NCBI GenBank assembly: GCA_001770325.1
Contig: MEQT01000068.1
Coordinates: 26,741-90,740 of the forward strand
DNA from: Betaproteobacteria bacterium RIFCSPLOWO2_02_64_14
GTDB lineage: Bacteria; Pseudomonadota; Gammaproteobacteria; Burkholderiales; SG8-41
Length of the DNA stretch: 64,000 bases
Reading direction: 5' to 3'
The notes below the pieces were generated by a model that searched no databases, was not told where the DNA came from, and saw only the letters and a list, made by a program, of their open reading frames with translations. This document shows positions 10,016 through 21,023 of this stretch, one piece after another. Made by a program: the position numbers and the translations under genes. Positions within the stretch are counted from its first letter, which is position 1. Each line of letters begins with the position of its first letter.

Positions 10016-10395
10016 TCACGCTGGCGCGGGCCCGCGCTCAATGAACTCGATCTTGTAGCCGTCAGGATCCTCGACGAAGGCGATCACCGTCGTCCCGTGC
10101 TTCATCGGCCCTGCCTTGCGCGTGACCTTGCCGCCGCGCGCGCGCACCGCATCGCATGCCGCGCGGGCATCGTCCACCTGAATAGCGACGTGGCCGTAGC
10201 CCGCCCCCAGGTCGTAGGACTTGGTGTCCCAGTTATGTGTGAGCTCCAGCACTGCCGATCGCGACTCGTCATCGTAGCCGACGAAGACATTGGTAAATCG
10301 GCCCGCCGTAACAGCTTCATGCCCAGCACATTGGTGTAAAAATCTATCGACCGCTCAAGATCACCCACGCGGATCATGGTATGCATGATGCGCAT
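10016..10395 (-). pseudogene. gloA: Glyoxalase I (lactoylglutathione lyase), disrupted by a frameshifting deletion
   Basis: The N-terminal 33 aa ([33 protein letters not shown]) lie in the 10102..10395 frame. The rest ([24 protein letters not shown]...TVIAFVEDPDGYKIEFIE) lies in the 10016..10252 frame. The junction is near 10295-10302. Confidence 0.75.
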
Positions 10396-10396
10396 C

Positions 10397-10585
10397 TCAA
10401 ACCTCCACCATCTCGAAATCCTCCTTGCGCGCGCCGCACTCGGGGCAGGTCCAGTTCATCGGCACGTCGTCCCACCGCGTTCCGGGCGCGAGGCCTTCGT
10501 CGGGCAGGCCGGCGGCCTCATCATAGATAAAGCCGCAGATGAGGCACATATAGGTCTTGAACACTTTGCTGTCGGTTGCTGTCAT
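10397..10585 (-). CDS. Rubredoxin
   Basis: 62-aa ORF with the two canonical Cys pairs CLICG and CPECG, and the motif [20 protein letters not shown]. Confidence 0.9.
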   Translation of the reverse strand: MTATDSKVFKTYMCLICGFIYDEAAGLPDEGLAPGTRWDDVPMNWTCPECGARKEDFEMVEV

Positions 10586-10699
10586 GCACGAGTCGATGGC
10601 GGGGAAAAGTGGGCTAGAATCTGATTTTAAACGAATCGCCTCCTGTGCTCACGAACGCGTTCGCTGACCGGCATTTCCGCCGGACGTTTCGCCCCCCGC

Positions 10700-11542
10700 A
10701 TGGCTGATCTTCCCCCAATTGTTCTCGTGTTTGCGGCGACCGACCCGAGCGGCGGCGCTGGGCTCCAAGCCGACATCATGGCGCTTTCAAGCATGGGCTG
10801 CCACCCGTTGACCTGCGTGACCGCGCTCACGATCCAGGACACGATGGGGGTCGAGGACATGATGGCGATCGATGCGGAGTGGATCGCGGATCAGGCGCGC
10901 TGCGTGCTCGAGGACATGCCGGTGTCGGTCTTCAAGGTCGGGCTGCTCGGCAGCGTCGAAGCGATCACCGCGGTCGCCGAGGTCGTATCCGACTATCCGG
11001 AAATCCCGCTGGTGCTGGACCCGGTGTTGGCATCGGGCAGGGGCGACGAGATCGCGAATGACGAGATGATCGCCGCGCTGCGCGAGCTGCTGATTCCGCA
11101 ATGCACGATCGTCACTCCCAACAGTATCGAGGCGCGGCGCCTCGCGATCAACGAGTCGGACGATAACGACCACCCGGACCTCGCGGAATGCGCGCGCCGC
11201 CTGATCGCGAGCGGCTGCGAGCACGTGTTGATCACCGGCACCCACGAGAACACGGCGGAAGTCATCAACACGCTGTATGGCGAGGGCGGCGTCCTTCGCA
11301 CCGACTCCTGGGCGCGGCTGCCGGGTTCGTATCACGGCTCCGGCTGCACGCTCGCCTCGGCAATAGCCGCTACCCTCGCAAACGGCCTTGCCATCACCGA
11401 CGCCGTGAAGGACGCGCAGGAATACACCTGGCAGACGCTGAAGGCGGGATTTCGGCCCGGCATGGGCCAGCACATACCCGACCGCATGTTCTGGGCGCGC
11501 GAGGATCCCCCTGCAGGGGAGCACGAACCAGGCGACTCGTGA
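10700..11542 (+). CDS. thiD: Hydroxymethylpyrimidine / phosphomethylpyrimidine kinase
   Basis: 280-aa ORF. VLVFAATDPSGGAGLQADI and the C-terminal GSGCTLASAIAA are ribokinase-family ThiD motifs. Confidence 0.9.
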   Translation: MADLPPIVLVFAATDPSGGAGLQADIMALSSMGCHPLTCVTALTIQDTMGVEDMMAIDAEWIADQARCVLEDMPVSVFKVGLLGSVEAITAVAEVVSDYPEIPLVLDPVLASGRGDEIANDEMIAALRELLIPQCTIVTPNSIEARRLAINESDDNDHPDLAECARRLIASGCEHVLITGTHENTAEVINTLYGEGGVLRTDSWARLPGSYHGSGCTLASAIAATLANGLAITDAVKDAQEYTWQTLKAGFRPGMGQHIPDRMFWAREDPPAGEHEPGDS

Positions 11543-12195
11543 TGGAACAGGCGGCAGTCTCTATAGCGGGCCGCCGCATCCGCGGCCTGTATGCGGTGAC
11601 GCCAGATGAGCGCGACACGGCGGTGCTTGCCGCCAAGGTGCGCGCGGCGCTTGCCGGTGGCGCGAATCTCGTCCAGTATCGGAACAAGGCCGTCGATCCC
11701 GCCACACGCCGCGAGCAGGCCATCGCGCTGCTCGAAATCTGTCGTGAACGCGAGGTGCCTCTGATTATCAATGATGACCTGCGCCTTGCACTCGATATCG
11801 ATGCCGACGGCGTGCACCTGGGAGAGGACGACGGTTCCCTCGAGGCCGCGCGCGCGCAGCTGGCTACGGACAAAATCGTCGGGGCATCGTGCCATGACCG
11901 CCTGCCCTTGGCGCGGGCGGCGCAGCGCAGCGGCGCATCGTATGTCGCGTTTGGCAGTTTTTTCCCGTCGAACGTCAAGCCCGCGGCAGTGCGCGCCCCA
12001 TTGCAGCTGCTGCGCGACGCGAAGGCATCGATGGCGATCCCCGTGGTGGCGATCGGCGGAATCACCGCCGTCAATGCCCCGCAGCTCGTTGCAGCGGGCG
12101 CGGACTGCATTGCAGTCATCTCGGCGCTGTTTGCAGCCGGCGATGTGGAAGCCGCTGCGCGACAGTTTGTCCGGCTTTTCTCGCCCGCGCGATGA
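11542..12195 (+). CDS. thiE: Thiamine-phosphate synthase
   Basis: Starts [23 protein letters not shown] with its ATG overlapping the thiD TGA. Motifs include [19 protein letters not shown] and VAIGGI. The upstream part of the 335-aa ORF overlaps thiD out of frame. Confidence 0.85.
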   Translation: MEQAAVSIAGRRIRGLYAVTPDERDTAVLAAKVRAALAGGANLVQYRNKAVDPATRREQAIALLEICREREVPLIINDDLRLALDIDADGVHLGEDDGSLEAARAQLATDKIVGASCHDRLPLARAAQRSGASYVAFGSFFPSNVKPAAVRAPLQLLRDAKASMAIPVVAIGGITAVNAPQLVAAGADCIAVISALFAAGDVEAAARQFVRLFSPAR

Positions 12196-13487
12196 AACGC
12201 AGCCAGAAATTGTTCCAGCATGCCCAGCTCGTCATCCCGGGCGGGGTCAATTCACCGGTGCGTGCGTTCCGCGCGGTAGGGGGCACCCCGCTTTTTCTCA
12301 GGCGCGGCAAGGGCGCCTGGGTGTGGGATGCCGACGGCAACCGCTACATCGATTATGTCGGTTCATGGGGTCCCCTGATTGCGGGTCACGCTCATCCGGA
12401 CGTATTAAAGGCGGTCGAGGAAGCGGCGAGCCGCGGATTGAGCTTCGGTGCGCCCACCGAATCGGAGGTCGAGATCGCGGCCCTGCTGTGCAAGCTAGTG
12501 CCCTCAATGGAGCAGGTGCGGCTGGTGAGTTCGGGCACCGAGGCCACAATGAGCGCGATCCGCCTCGCCCGCGGCCATACCGGACGCTCGAAGATCCTGA
12601 AGTTCGAAGGGTGTTATCACGGTCACGCCGATTCGCTGCTGGTGAAGGCCGGTTCAGGTGCGCTTACCCTGGGTCAACCGTCGTCCGCCGGGGTGCCCGC
12701 GGAGATCGCCGCGCAGACGATAGTGGTCGACTACAACGACATCGGCGCCGTGGAGCGGGCGTTCCAGGAAGACGGGAAAAACATTGCGGCCGTCATCGTG
12801 GAGCCGGTCGCGGGCAACATGAATCTGGTGACACCGCGAGCAGGGTTTCTCGAGGCGATGCGAAAATTGTGCACCAAACACGGGACGCTGCTGATCTTTG
12901 ACGAAGTCATGACGGGTTTTCGTGTCGCGCTGGGAGGCGCGCAGGCGCTCTTTGGAATAAGTCCGGATCTGACGACACTCGGCAAGGTGATCGGCGGAGG
13001 CATGCCGATGGGCGCGTTCGGCGGCTGCCGCGCCATCATGCAGTGCATCGCGCCCCTCGGACCGGTTTATCAGGCGGGTACCCTCTCCGGCAATCCAATC
13101 GCGGTTGCGGCGGGACTCGCCACGCTCAAGCTGGTGCAAGCCGCGGGTTTCTACGAGCGATTGACTGCGACAGCGCTCGACCTGTGCGAACGGTTGACCG
13201 CGGCCGCGCGGCAGCACCGCGTCGCGTTTTCAGCTCAGAATGTCGGTGGGATGTTCGGGATGTATTTTCGCGCCACCCCCCCCTCGACCTACGCCGAGGT
13301 CATGCAATGCGACCGCGCGACTTTCAGCCACTTCTTTCACGCGATGCTCGCCGACGGTGTGTATTTTGCCCCATCCGCATTCGAGGCATGCTTCCTCTCG
13401 GCTGCGCACGGGGCGCCGGAGGTGGAGAAAACCATCAGGGCGGCGAAGAGATTTTTCGCTACGCTGAATGCGCCGCACAGTACGTAA
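12192..13487 (+). CDS. hemL: Glutamate-1-semialdehyde 2,1-aminomutase
   Basis: 431-aa ORF with [20 protein letters not shown] and [11 protein letters not shown] (PLP lysine region). It overlaps thiE through ATGA. Confidence 0.95.
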   Translation: MKRSQKLFQHAQLVIPGGVNSPVRAFRAVGGTPLFLRRGKGAWVWDADGNRYIDYVGSWGPLIAGHAHPDVLKAVEEAASRGLSFGAPTESEVEIAALLCKLVPSMEQVRLVSSGTEATMSAIRLARGHTGRSKILKFEGCYHGHADSLLVKAGSGALTLGQPSSAGVPAEIAAQTIVVDYNDIGAVERAFQEDGKNIAAVIVEPVAGNMNLVTPRAGFLEAMRKLCTKHGTLLIFDEVMTGFRVALGGAQALFGISPDLTTLGKVIGGGMPMGAFGGCRAIMQCIAPLGPVYQAGTLSGNPIAVAAGLATLKLVQAAGFYERLTATALDLCERLTAAARQHRVAFSAQNVGGMFGMYFRATPPSTYAEVMQCDRATFSHFFHAMLADGVYFAPSAFEACFLSAAHGAPEVEKTIRAAKRFFATLNAPHST

Positions 13488-13562
13488 TGGGCGGAGCCGG
13501 CGTTCTGGATTTGGCGTGCGCGCCCGGCGCCGGCTGAACTCGGGTAAGGCGGCGCGTTCAAA

Positions 13563-14228
13563 TCAGCGCAACCCGGCGACGTACTCTGCGACCGCCCTGA
13601 TTTCACCATCCGACAGTTTGGCCGCCACACCACGCATCATGCCGTTCGGGTCGTTCCTGCGCTCGCCGCTGCGAAACGCCTTGAGTTGCGTTTCTGTATA
13701 TTCTGTGTGCTGGCCCGCGATCCGCGGGAACTGCGCTGGGACGCCGGCGCCGTTGGGCGCATGGCAGGACGCGCAGGCGGCGACTCCCTTGGACACGATG
13801 CCCCCGCGGTAGATTGCCTGCCCCAGTCTTGCGAGCTCGGGATCACGCGCCGCTCGGAGGGCGGGCTTCTGTCCGGCAAAGTACGCCGCAAGATTGGGCA
13901 GGTCATCGTCTTTCAAATTTGCGACCATGCCAGCCATGACTGCGTTGCTGCGTTCAGGCGGTTTCCCGCCCTGTGGCCGGAAGCTCATGAGCTGCCGCAG
14001 GACATACTCCGGATGTTGCCCGGCAAGGTCGGGATTCACGGCTGCCGTGCTGATGCCGTCTTTACCGTGACAGGCGGCGCACACCTGTTCGACGATGGGC
14101 CGGGCCTTGGCGGGATCGCCTTTTAAAGCCCCTTGAGGCAGCGTGGCCGTCGACATCATTGCCATCATGGCACCTGCAACCATCATGACAACTCGGCGGA
14201 AATTCATGTGCTCCCTTCGCGACGGCAC
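13563..14228 (-). CDS. Di-haem cytochrome c4
   Basis: 221-aa ORF with a signal sequence and two CxxCH haem sites (CAACHG, CASCHA). The start may be the internal Met at about 14207. Confidence 0.85.
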   Translation of the reverse strand: MPSRREHMNFRRVVMMVAGAMMAMMSTATLPQGALKGDPAKARPIVEQVCAACHGKDGISTAAVNPDLAGQHPEYVLRQLMSFRPQGGKPPERSNAVMAGMVANLKDDDLPNLAAYFAGQKPALRAARDPELARLGQAIYRGGIVSKGVAACASCHAPNGAGVPAQFPRIAGQHTEYTETQLKAFRSGERRNDPNGMMRGVAAKLSDGEIRAVAEYVAGLR

Positions 14229-14298
14229 GTATAAAAAGAGAGGTATTGTATATTAACCACCACTACTCCGGCCAGTTCATCAACGAAAACAAGCACTC

Positions 14299-14922
14299 AT
14301 GCCACAACCTGCACGCGCAAGCTGGGATCGCGCTATCGGTGATCTGGATCGACTGCCTCCGGATGGGGGCGCGGAAGTCGCCTTCGTCGGGCGGTCAAAC
14401 TCTGGAAAATCAAGTGCCATCAATGCCATCACCGGTCTCAAGCATCTCGCATATGTGAGCCGAACTCCCGGGCGCACGCAATCGATCAATTTCTTCGGGT
14501 GGGGTCCAAACCGTCGTCTGGTTGATTTGCCCGGCTATGGCTATGCGGCGGTGCCTGCACGGCAAACGCGTCTCTGGGCAATGTTAATAAGTCCTTACCT
14601 ACAAACACGCGCATCGCTTCGAGGTTTGGTCTTGGTAATGGATGTGCGTCATCCATTCATGGAGCGGGACCGCCTGCTCCTCGAGTGGGTGGCGCCGCTG
14701 AAGCGACCGGTGCTGGTTTTGCTGACGAAATGCGACAAATTGGGCAGGCAACAGGCATTGCGGGCGCTTGAACTCGGCCGGGCCACTCTGGCTTCGGTTT
14801 ACCCACGCGGAGGTATTCAACTCTTCTCCGCAACCTCGGGATTGGGGGTGGCAAACGCGCGGGCTGCCATCATCCGATGGTTGGAGTCAGGCAAAAAAAA
14901 TCCCCCGGTTAAAGGGGAGTAA
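14299..14922 (+). CDS. engB: Ribosome-biogenesis GTPase EngB/YihA
   Basis: 207-aa ORF with G1 GRSNSGKSS, G3 DLPGYG and G4 TKCDK motifs. Confidence 0.85.
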   Translation: MPQPARASWDRAIGDLDRLPPDGGAEVAFVGRSNSGKSSAINAITGLKHLAYVSRTPGRTQSINFFGWGPNRRLVDLPGYGYAAVPARQTRLWAMLISPYLQTRASLRGLVLVMDVRHPFMERDRLLLEWVAPLKRPVLVLLTKCDKLGRQQALRALELGRATLASVYPRGGIQLFSATSGLGVANARAAIIRWLESGKKNPPVKGE

Positions 14923-14936
14923 AACCGGGGGCAAAT

Positions 14937-16089
<1,153 letters not shown>

Positions 16090-16163
16090 ACCGCCCACCC
16101 GGGTGTCGCGCCGCGCGCCGCGCAGGTCCCGCGCTGCGTTCAGCCCTGCCGCAACGGCGCAGC

Positions 16164-16766
16164 TCAGCCCGCGGCGAGAAGCTCCACCACCACCTGCAGC
16201 TTCGCACGCTCGATCGACTTTCCGCCGGGAGTGCTCTTCAGCGGTACGCGCAAGGCGTGTCCCGGGAGCACCGTAATCTGGAAGTCGACGGTTCCGTCGC
16301 TCACGGTAAATACCGGGACCGCGCACGGACTGTCTCCGAAGTAAAGCCTGCTTTGCGACGTCCTGTAAGGAATCCGGTGTTCGAGGAGAAAGAGTTCCAC
16401 TGCCTTGGCATTATCGGTGAACAGATGCAGATCGATGTCGGCATACCGTCCCGCATTGCCGCTCAGCACCGGGCCGGTCAGGTATGGATTGAATTGTGCG
16501 AACTCCTGCATGACGCCAAGCGCGCGGCGGCGCAGATCGTGCAGGCGCTCGCCGTGCTCCGGGTGCTGGTAGAGCGTCTGATGCACCCGCAACGCCGCGT
16601 CTATTTCCTCGTTGCTCGGCAGCTGCCCGGTATCCGCCATGCCGGCCTGGCGCGCCGCCTTGCGCTTGGCGCGCGCGTAGTCCTCGATACCGTCCTCGGC
16701 CATGAGCCGCGCCGCCAGATGAGCGATGCGGCTTCGGGTGTCGTTACGCGCGTAATCCCTTCCCAC
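16164..16766 (-). CDS. Conserved-looking hypothetical protein with a Pol-beta-type nucleotidyltransferase-like signature
   Basis: 200-aa ORF with a GTG start 10 nt after the mrcA stop. The segment LSGNAGRYADIDLHLF resembles the hG[GS]x(7-13)DxD NTase motif. There is no signal peptide. Function is unknown. Confidence 0.55.
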   Translation of the reverse strand: MGRDYARNDTRSRIAHLAARLMAEDGIEDYARAKRKAARQAGMADTGQLPSNEEIDAALRVHQTLYQHPEHGERLHDLRRRALGVMQEFAQFNPYLTGPVLSGNAGRYADIDLHLFTDNAKAVELFLLEHRIPYRTSQSRLYFGDSPCAVPVFTVSDGTVDFQITVLPGHALRVPLKSTPGGKSIERAKLQVVVELLAAG

Positions 16767-16776
16767 GTCTTGCCCG

Positions 16777-19095
16777 TCAGAACAGTTGATTTCTCACTTC
16801 CTCCGCCGCGGCCCCAGTGCTGGGAGCTCCGGCGAGGGCCTGGTCCGTCGGCGGAAACTCGTGGAAGAAGAAATCCACTATGCCGGGCTGGCCGTCGTCC
16901 ACCCTTAGCCCCGAGTCCGGGTCCACGCGAAGCGCCACCACACCGTCCGGCGGCTTGAACGGCTGTTCCGGCACGCCGGGCAGTACGCTCCCCATGTAGC
17001 CCATCCAGAAGGGCAGTGCGGTGCGCGCCCCTGTTTCATTGCGCCCCAGGGTCTGCGGCTTGTCGAAGCCGATCCATGCGACTGCCACGAGGCTGGAATT
17101 GAATCCGCAGAACCATGCATCTATGAAATCATTAGTGGTCCCGGTTTTCCCGGCAAGGTCGTTCCGACCCAGCTTCATCGCGCGCGCGCCCGTGCCCATG
17201 CGAACCACATCACGCATGATGCTGTTCATGATGAACGCATTACGCGGATCAATGACGCGCCGGGCGCCCTCGCCCGCGCGCTGTGGAACCGTTTCCGCCA
17301 CGACATTCCCGCGGCCGTCCTCGATACGCACGATGAAATAAGGCGTGATGCGGTGACCGCCATTGGCGAATACCGCATAGGCCGCGACCATCTGAAGCGG
17401 GGTCACGTTGCCTGCCCCGAGTGCCATGGTGAGATACGGTGGGTGCAGCTTGGGATCAAAACCAAAACGTGCGATGTAGTCCTGCGCGTACTGCGGGGTG
17501 ATCGCCTGGAGTATGCGTACCGATACCACGTTCTTCGATTTCACCAGCCCGGTTCGCAACCGCATCGGGCCCTCGAACGTGCCATCGTAGTTCTTCGGTT
17601 CCCATGGCTCCGAACCGGTCTGCGCTGCGGTAAACGTCAGCGGCGCGTCATCGATCACCGTTGCAGTGGTAAACCCCTTCTCAAGCGCCGCCGAGTAGAT
17701 GAACGGCTTGAAACTCGACCCCGGTTGACGCAACGCCTGAGTCGCGTGGTTATACTGGTTACGCGCGAAGTCGAATCCCCCCGCCAGCGCGCGAATCGCC
17801 CCGTCGCGCGGGTCGAGCGATACCAGCGCCGCCTCCACCGCCGGAAGCTGGGTGATCTGCCAGCGCCCTTTTTCGTTCTTCTGCACCCGAACGATCGCGC
17901 CACGCCGGATGCGCTGGTTCGGACTCGCCTTTTCCCCAAGCATGCGCCCGACGAACTTGAGCCCCTCTACCCCGATATCCAGCATCCCGCCGCCACGGCG
18001 ATAAACCCTGACCCGCGCCGGGCTCGCCTGAAGCACGATCGCGCCGAAAATGTCTTCGCTGTCCGTGATTTCCTGCAATGCCTCCTCGAGCGCTTCCTCC
18101 GGAGCACCCGCCGGCAGGTCGGCATAGCCCTCAGGTCCGCGGTATCCATGGCGCTGGTCATACTCCAGAACGCCACGCCGTAGTGCCGCGTGGGCTGCTT
18201 GCTGGTGCGTTACCGACAGGGTCGTGTAGACCCTCAATCCCCTAGTGTAGGCGGCGTCCTGGAAGCGCTCGTAGAGGGCTTGCCGCACCATCTCGGCAAA
18301 ATGCCCCGCTTTCGCTGAGTAATCGGCGAGTTCCTTTTTTACCACGAGCGACTGGTTGTCCGCCGCCTCGAACTGCGCCGGCGTTATCAGTTCGAGTTCA
18401 CGCATGCGGCGTAACACGTACTGTTGCCTCTGTTTCGCCCGTCGCGGGCTTGCCACCGGATTGAAGCGCGAGGGCGCCTTGGGCAATCCGGCCAGCATTG
18501 CCTGTTCGGCAAGCGTCAAAGCCATGAGCGGCTTTCCGAAATAGATCTGGGCGGCGGCGGCAAAACCGTACGCGCGCTGGCCGAGGTAGATCTGGTTCAC
18601 GTAGAGCTGGAGAATCTGGTCCTTGGACAGGCTATGCTCGATCTTGAAAGCAAGGAGAATCTCGTTGAACTTGCGCGTCAGCGTTCTTTCCTTGGAGAGA
18701 AAAAAATTCCGGGCCACCTGCATCGTGATCGTACTCGCGCCCTGACGCACACCGCCCGACACTAGGTTGGAAAGCGCGGCGCGCGCAACGCCGACGTAGT
18801 CCACCCCGCCGTGCTGGTAGAAGCGCTCGTCTTCCGCGGCGAGAATCGCGGAAACCATGGATTGCGGCACGTCCGCGATTGCCACCACCGCGCGCCGTTC
18901 CTCGCCGAATTCACCGATAAGTTCGCCCTCGGCACTGTAGATGCGCATCGGAATCTTGGGCTGATAATCTGTAAGTACCTCAAGCGATGGGAGTGTTGGA
19001 TAAATGATAATGGCCGCAAAGGCGGCAAGGAGAGCCGCGGCAATGGCTGAACCAACCACAACTAATAGGGGCAAGAACCAGAAACGGCTGCGCAT
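16777..19095 (-). CDS. mrcA: Penicillin-binding protein 1A (bifunctional glycosyltransferase/transpeptidase)
   Basis: 772-aa ORF with an N-terminal membrane anchor, GT51 motifs (EDERFYQHGGVD, GASTITMQ, RKFNEILLA) and transpeptidase motifs (SSFKP, KTGTT). It is divergent from pilM, the classical ponA/pilMNOPQ layout. Confidence 0.9.
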   Translation of the reverse strand: MRSRFWFLPLLVVVGSAIAAALLAAFAAIIIYPTLPSLEVLTDYQPKIPMRIYSAEGELIGEFGEERRAVVAIADVPQSMVSAILAAEDERFYQHGGVDYVGVARAALSNLVSGGVRQGASTITMQVARNFFLSKERTLTRKFNEILLAFKIEHSLSKDQILQLYVNQIYLGQRAYGFAAAAQIYFGKPLMALTLAEQAMLAGLPKAPSRFNPVASPRRAKQRQQYVLRRMRELELITPAQFEAADNQSLVVKKELADYSAKAGHFAEMVRQALYERFQDAAYTRGLRVYTTLSVTHQQAAHAALRRGVLEYDQRHGYRGPEGYADLPAGAPEEALEEALQEITDSEDIFGAIVLQASPARVRVYRRGGGMLDIGVEGLKFVGRMLGEKASPNQRIRRGAIVRVQKNEKGRWQITQLPAVEAALVSLDPRDGAIRALAGGFDFARNQYNHATQALRQPGSSFKPFIYSAALEKGFTTATVIDDAPLTFTAAQTGSEPWEPKNYDGTFEGPMRLRTGLVKSKNVVSVRILQAITPQYAQDYIARFGFDPKLHPPYLTMALGAGNVTPLQMVAAYAVFANGGHRITPYFIVRIEDGRGNVVAETVPQRAGEGARRVIDPRNAFIMNSIMRDVVRMGTGARAMKLGRNDLAGKTGTTNDFIDAWFCGFNSSLVAVAWIGFDKPQTLGRNETGARTALPFWMGYMGSVLPGVPEQPFKPPDGVVALRVDPDSGLRVDDGQPGIVDFFFHEFPPTDQALAGAPSTGAAAEEVRNQLF

Positions 19096-19323
19096 CTAGT
19101 GTATCGATCCTCCAACTGACGCCGCGATGCCGGAGTTTTCATGGCATGCCGCCGGTGCTGAAATCGTTGCCAAAAGTGCAAATTTGATGCAGTGTAGCCT
19201 TTGTGCCACGTACCGCGCGAAAATACCATTCCCGGGCAGCGTAGCAAGAACGAAAAACTTTACACGCATGATAGTTGTTGGTAGCATTTAAAGTAAACTA
19301 TGGGTATGCTGTCCTAGAGACCT

Positions 19324-20430
19324 ATGTTCAAAGGAAAATTAAGCTTTAACTTGGATGCGATAGAGGCTTTGCTCAAGCCCCGGACGCCGCCGCTCATCGG
19401 GGCGGATATCAGCTCCTCGGCGATCAAGATGGTGGAAATCGCTGACGCGGGGAAGGGGCTTTATCGGGTCGAACGCTATGCTATCGAGCCGCTTCCTAAG
19501 GACTCGGTGGTGGACGGCAATATCAATAATCTCGATGCGGTAAGCGAGGCGCTGAAGCGATGCCACAAGCGCTTGGGGACCGGCCTTAAGAGCGTGGCCA
19601 TGGCTCTGCCCAACGCAGCGGTCATCACCAAAAAGATCCAGGTCCCGGCCGGTCAACGCGAGGAAGATCTCGAGTTGCAGGTGGAAACCGAGGCAAACCA
19701 GTATATCCCGTTTGCGCTCGACGAGGTAAATCTCGACTTCCAGGTTATCGGGCCGGCGCCCAACAACCCGGAGGATGTCGAGGTGATGATCGCGGCATCT
19801 CGCAAGGAAAAGATCGAAGACCGTATCGCCGCTGCCGAAGTCGCCGGCCTGAAGACGGTCGTCATGGACGTCGACATCCTCGCCAGTCAGACCGCCTTCG
19901 AGCTGATGCAAAATCAGTTTCCCGACAACGGCAAGGACCAGAACATTGCCATCGTCGATGTCGGCGCCACGATGATGAACGTCAACGTCCTGCGCAACAG
20001 TCAGTCGATTTATATGCGCGAGCAGCCGTTTGGCGGGATGCAGCTTACGCAGGAAATCCAGAATCACTTCGGCCTGTCGGCCGAGGAGGCCGAGGCGGCT
20101 AAGCGCGCGGGTGGGTTGCCGGAAAATTACGAATCGGACGTGCTGCAGCCGTTTCTCGACACATTCGGATTGGAAGTGGCGCGAGCGCTGCAGTTCTTTT
20201 TCACCTCGACGCAGCACAACCAGGTGAACCACATCGTGCTGTCGGGAGGGTGTGCGGCAATCCCCGGGGCGGATGTAGCGGTCACCAAACGCACCCAGGT
20301 CAATACCATCATCGCCAATCCGTTCGTGAATATGGCCCTTTCGTCAAGAATCAAGCCCAAGAGTTTGACGCAGGACGCGTCCTCGCTGATGGTGGCGTGC
20401 GGTCTGGCGATGCGGAGGTTTGACCCATGA
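19324..20430 (+). CDS. pilM: Type IV pilus assembly ATPase-like protein PilM
   Basis: 368-aa actin-like fold ORF (IGADISSSAIKMVEI). It is the first gene of an overlapping pilMNOPQ set. Confidence 0.9.
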   Translation: MFKGKLSFNLDAIEALLKPRTPPLIGADISSSAIKMVEIADAGKGLYRVERYAIEPLPKDSVVDGNINNLDAVSEALKRCHKRLGTGLKSVAMALPNAAVITKKIQVPAGQREEDLELQVETEANQYIPFALDEVNLDFQVIGPAPNNPEDVEVMIAASRKEKIEDRIAAAEVAGLKTVVMDVDILASQTAFELMQNQFPDNGKDQNIAIVDVGATMMNVNVLRNSQSIYMREQPFGGMQLTQEIQNHFGLSAEEAEAAKRAGGLPENYESDVLQPFLDTFGLEVARALQFFFTSTQHNQVNHIVLSGGCAAIPGADVAVTKRTQVNTIIANPFVNMALSSRIKPKSLTQDASSLMVACGLAMRRFDP

Positions 20431-21023
20431 TACGCATCAACCTGCTGCCGCATCGTGAAGAACGCCGCAAGAAGCAGCAACAACAGTTCTTCATCATGCT
20501 GGGAATCGTGGTGGTGATAGGGGCCGCCATCTGGGGATCGGTGCACACGTATTTTTCCGACCGCATCGAGAACCAGATCAGTCGTAACAGGTACCTGAAC
20601 GAGGAAATCGCCAAGCTCGAGAAACAGATTGCGGAAATCAAGACGCTCCAGGATCAGATTGCGGCACTGCTCGCCCGCAAGCGCGTCGTCGAGTCGTTAC
20701 AAAGCAACCGCGCTCAGACCGTCCAGCTGCTCGATCAGCTGGTACGACAGTTGCCTGACGGCATCTATCTCAAAGCCATCAGGCAAACCGGGCAGAGGGT
20801 CACGATCACCGGGCTGACCCAGTCCCAGGCGCGGGTATCGACGCTGATGCGCAACATCGAAGCCTCGCCGGTGCTTGCGAAACCCGGCTTGATCGAAATC
20901 AAGGCGGTTCAGCAGGGCGCGCTCCGGAACAACGAATTCACCCTCAACATGGTACTCAAGCAGCCGCAGGAAGAAGAGAAGAAGCCAGCACCGAGGCCGG
21001 TCTCCGCGGGGGGCAAGAAATGA
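20427..21023 (+). CDS. pilN: Type IV pilus alignment protein PilN
   Basis: 198 aa starting MIRINLLPHREERRKK, followed by a single TM helix. It overlaps pilM through ATGA. Confidence 0.9.
   Translation: MIRINLLPHREERRKKQQQQFFIMLGIVVVIGAAIWGSVHTYFSDRIENQISRNRYLNEEIAKLEKQIAEIKTLQDQIAALLARKRVVESLQSNRAQTVQLLDQLVRQLPDGIYLKAIRQTGQRVTITGLTQSQARVSTLMRNIEASPVLAKPGLIEIKAVQQGALRNNEFTLNMVLKQPQEEEKKPAPRPVSAGGKK

Noticed and set aside
10586-10699. Possible TPP riboswitch upstream of thiD-thiE.
   Set aside because: I could not find the conserved THI-box elements (CUGAGA and the ACCUGAUCUGGAUAAUGCCAGCG-like pyrimidine-sensor helix) on the plus strand. Only a weak TAGAAT -10-like hexamer is present.
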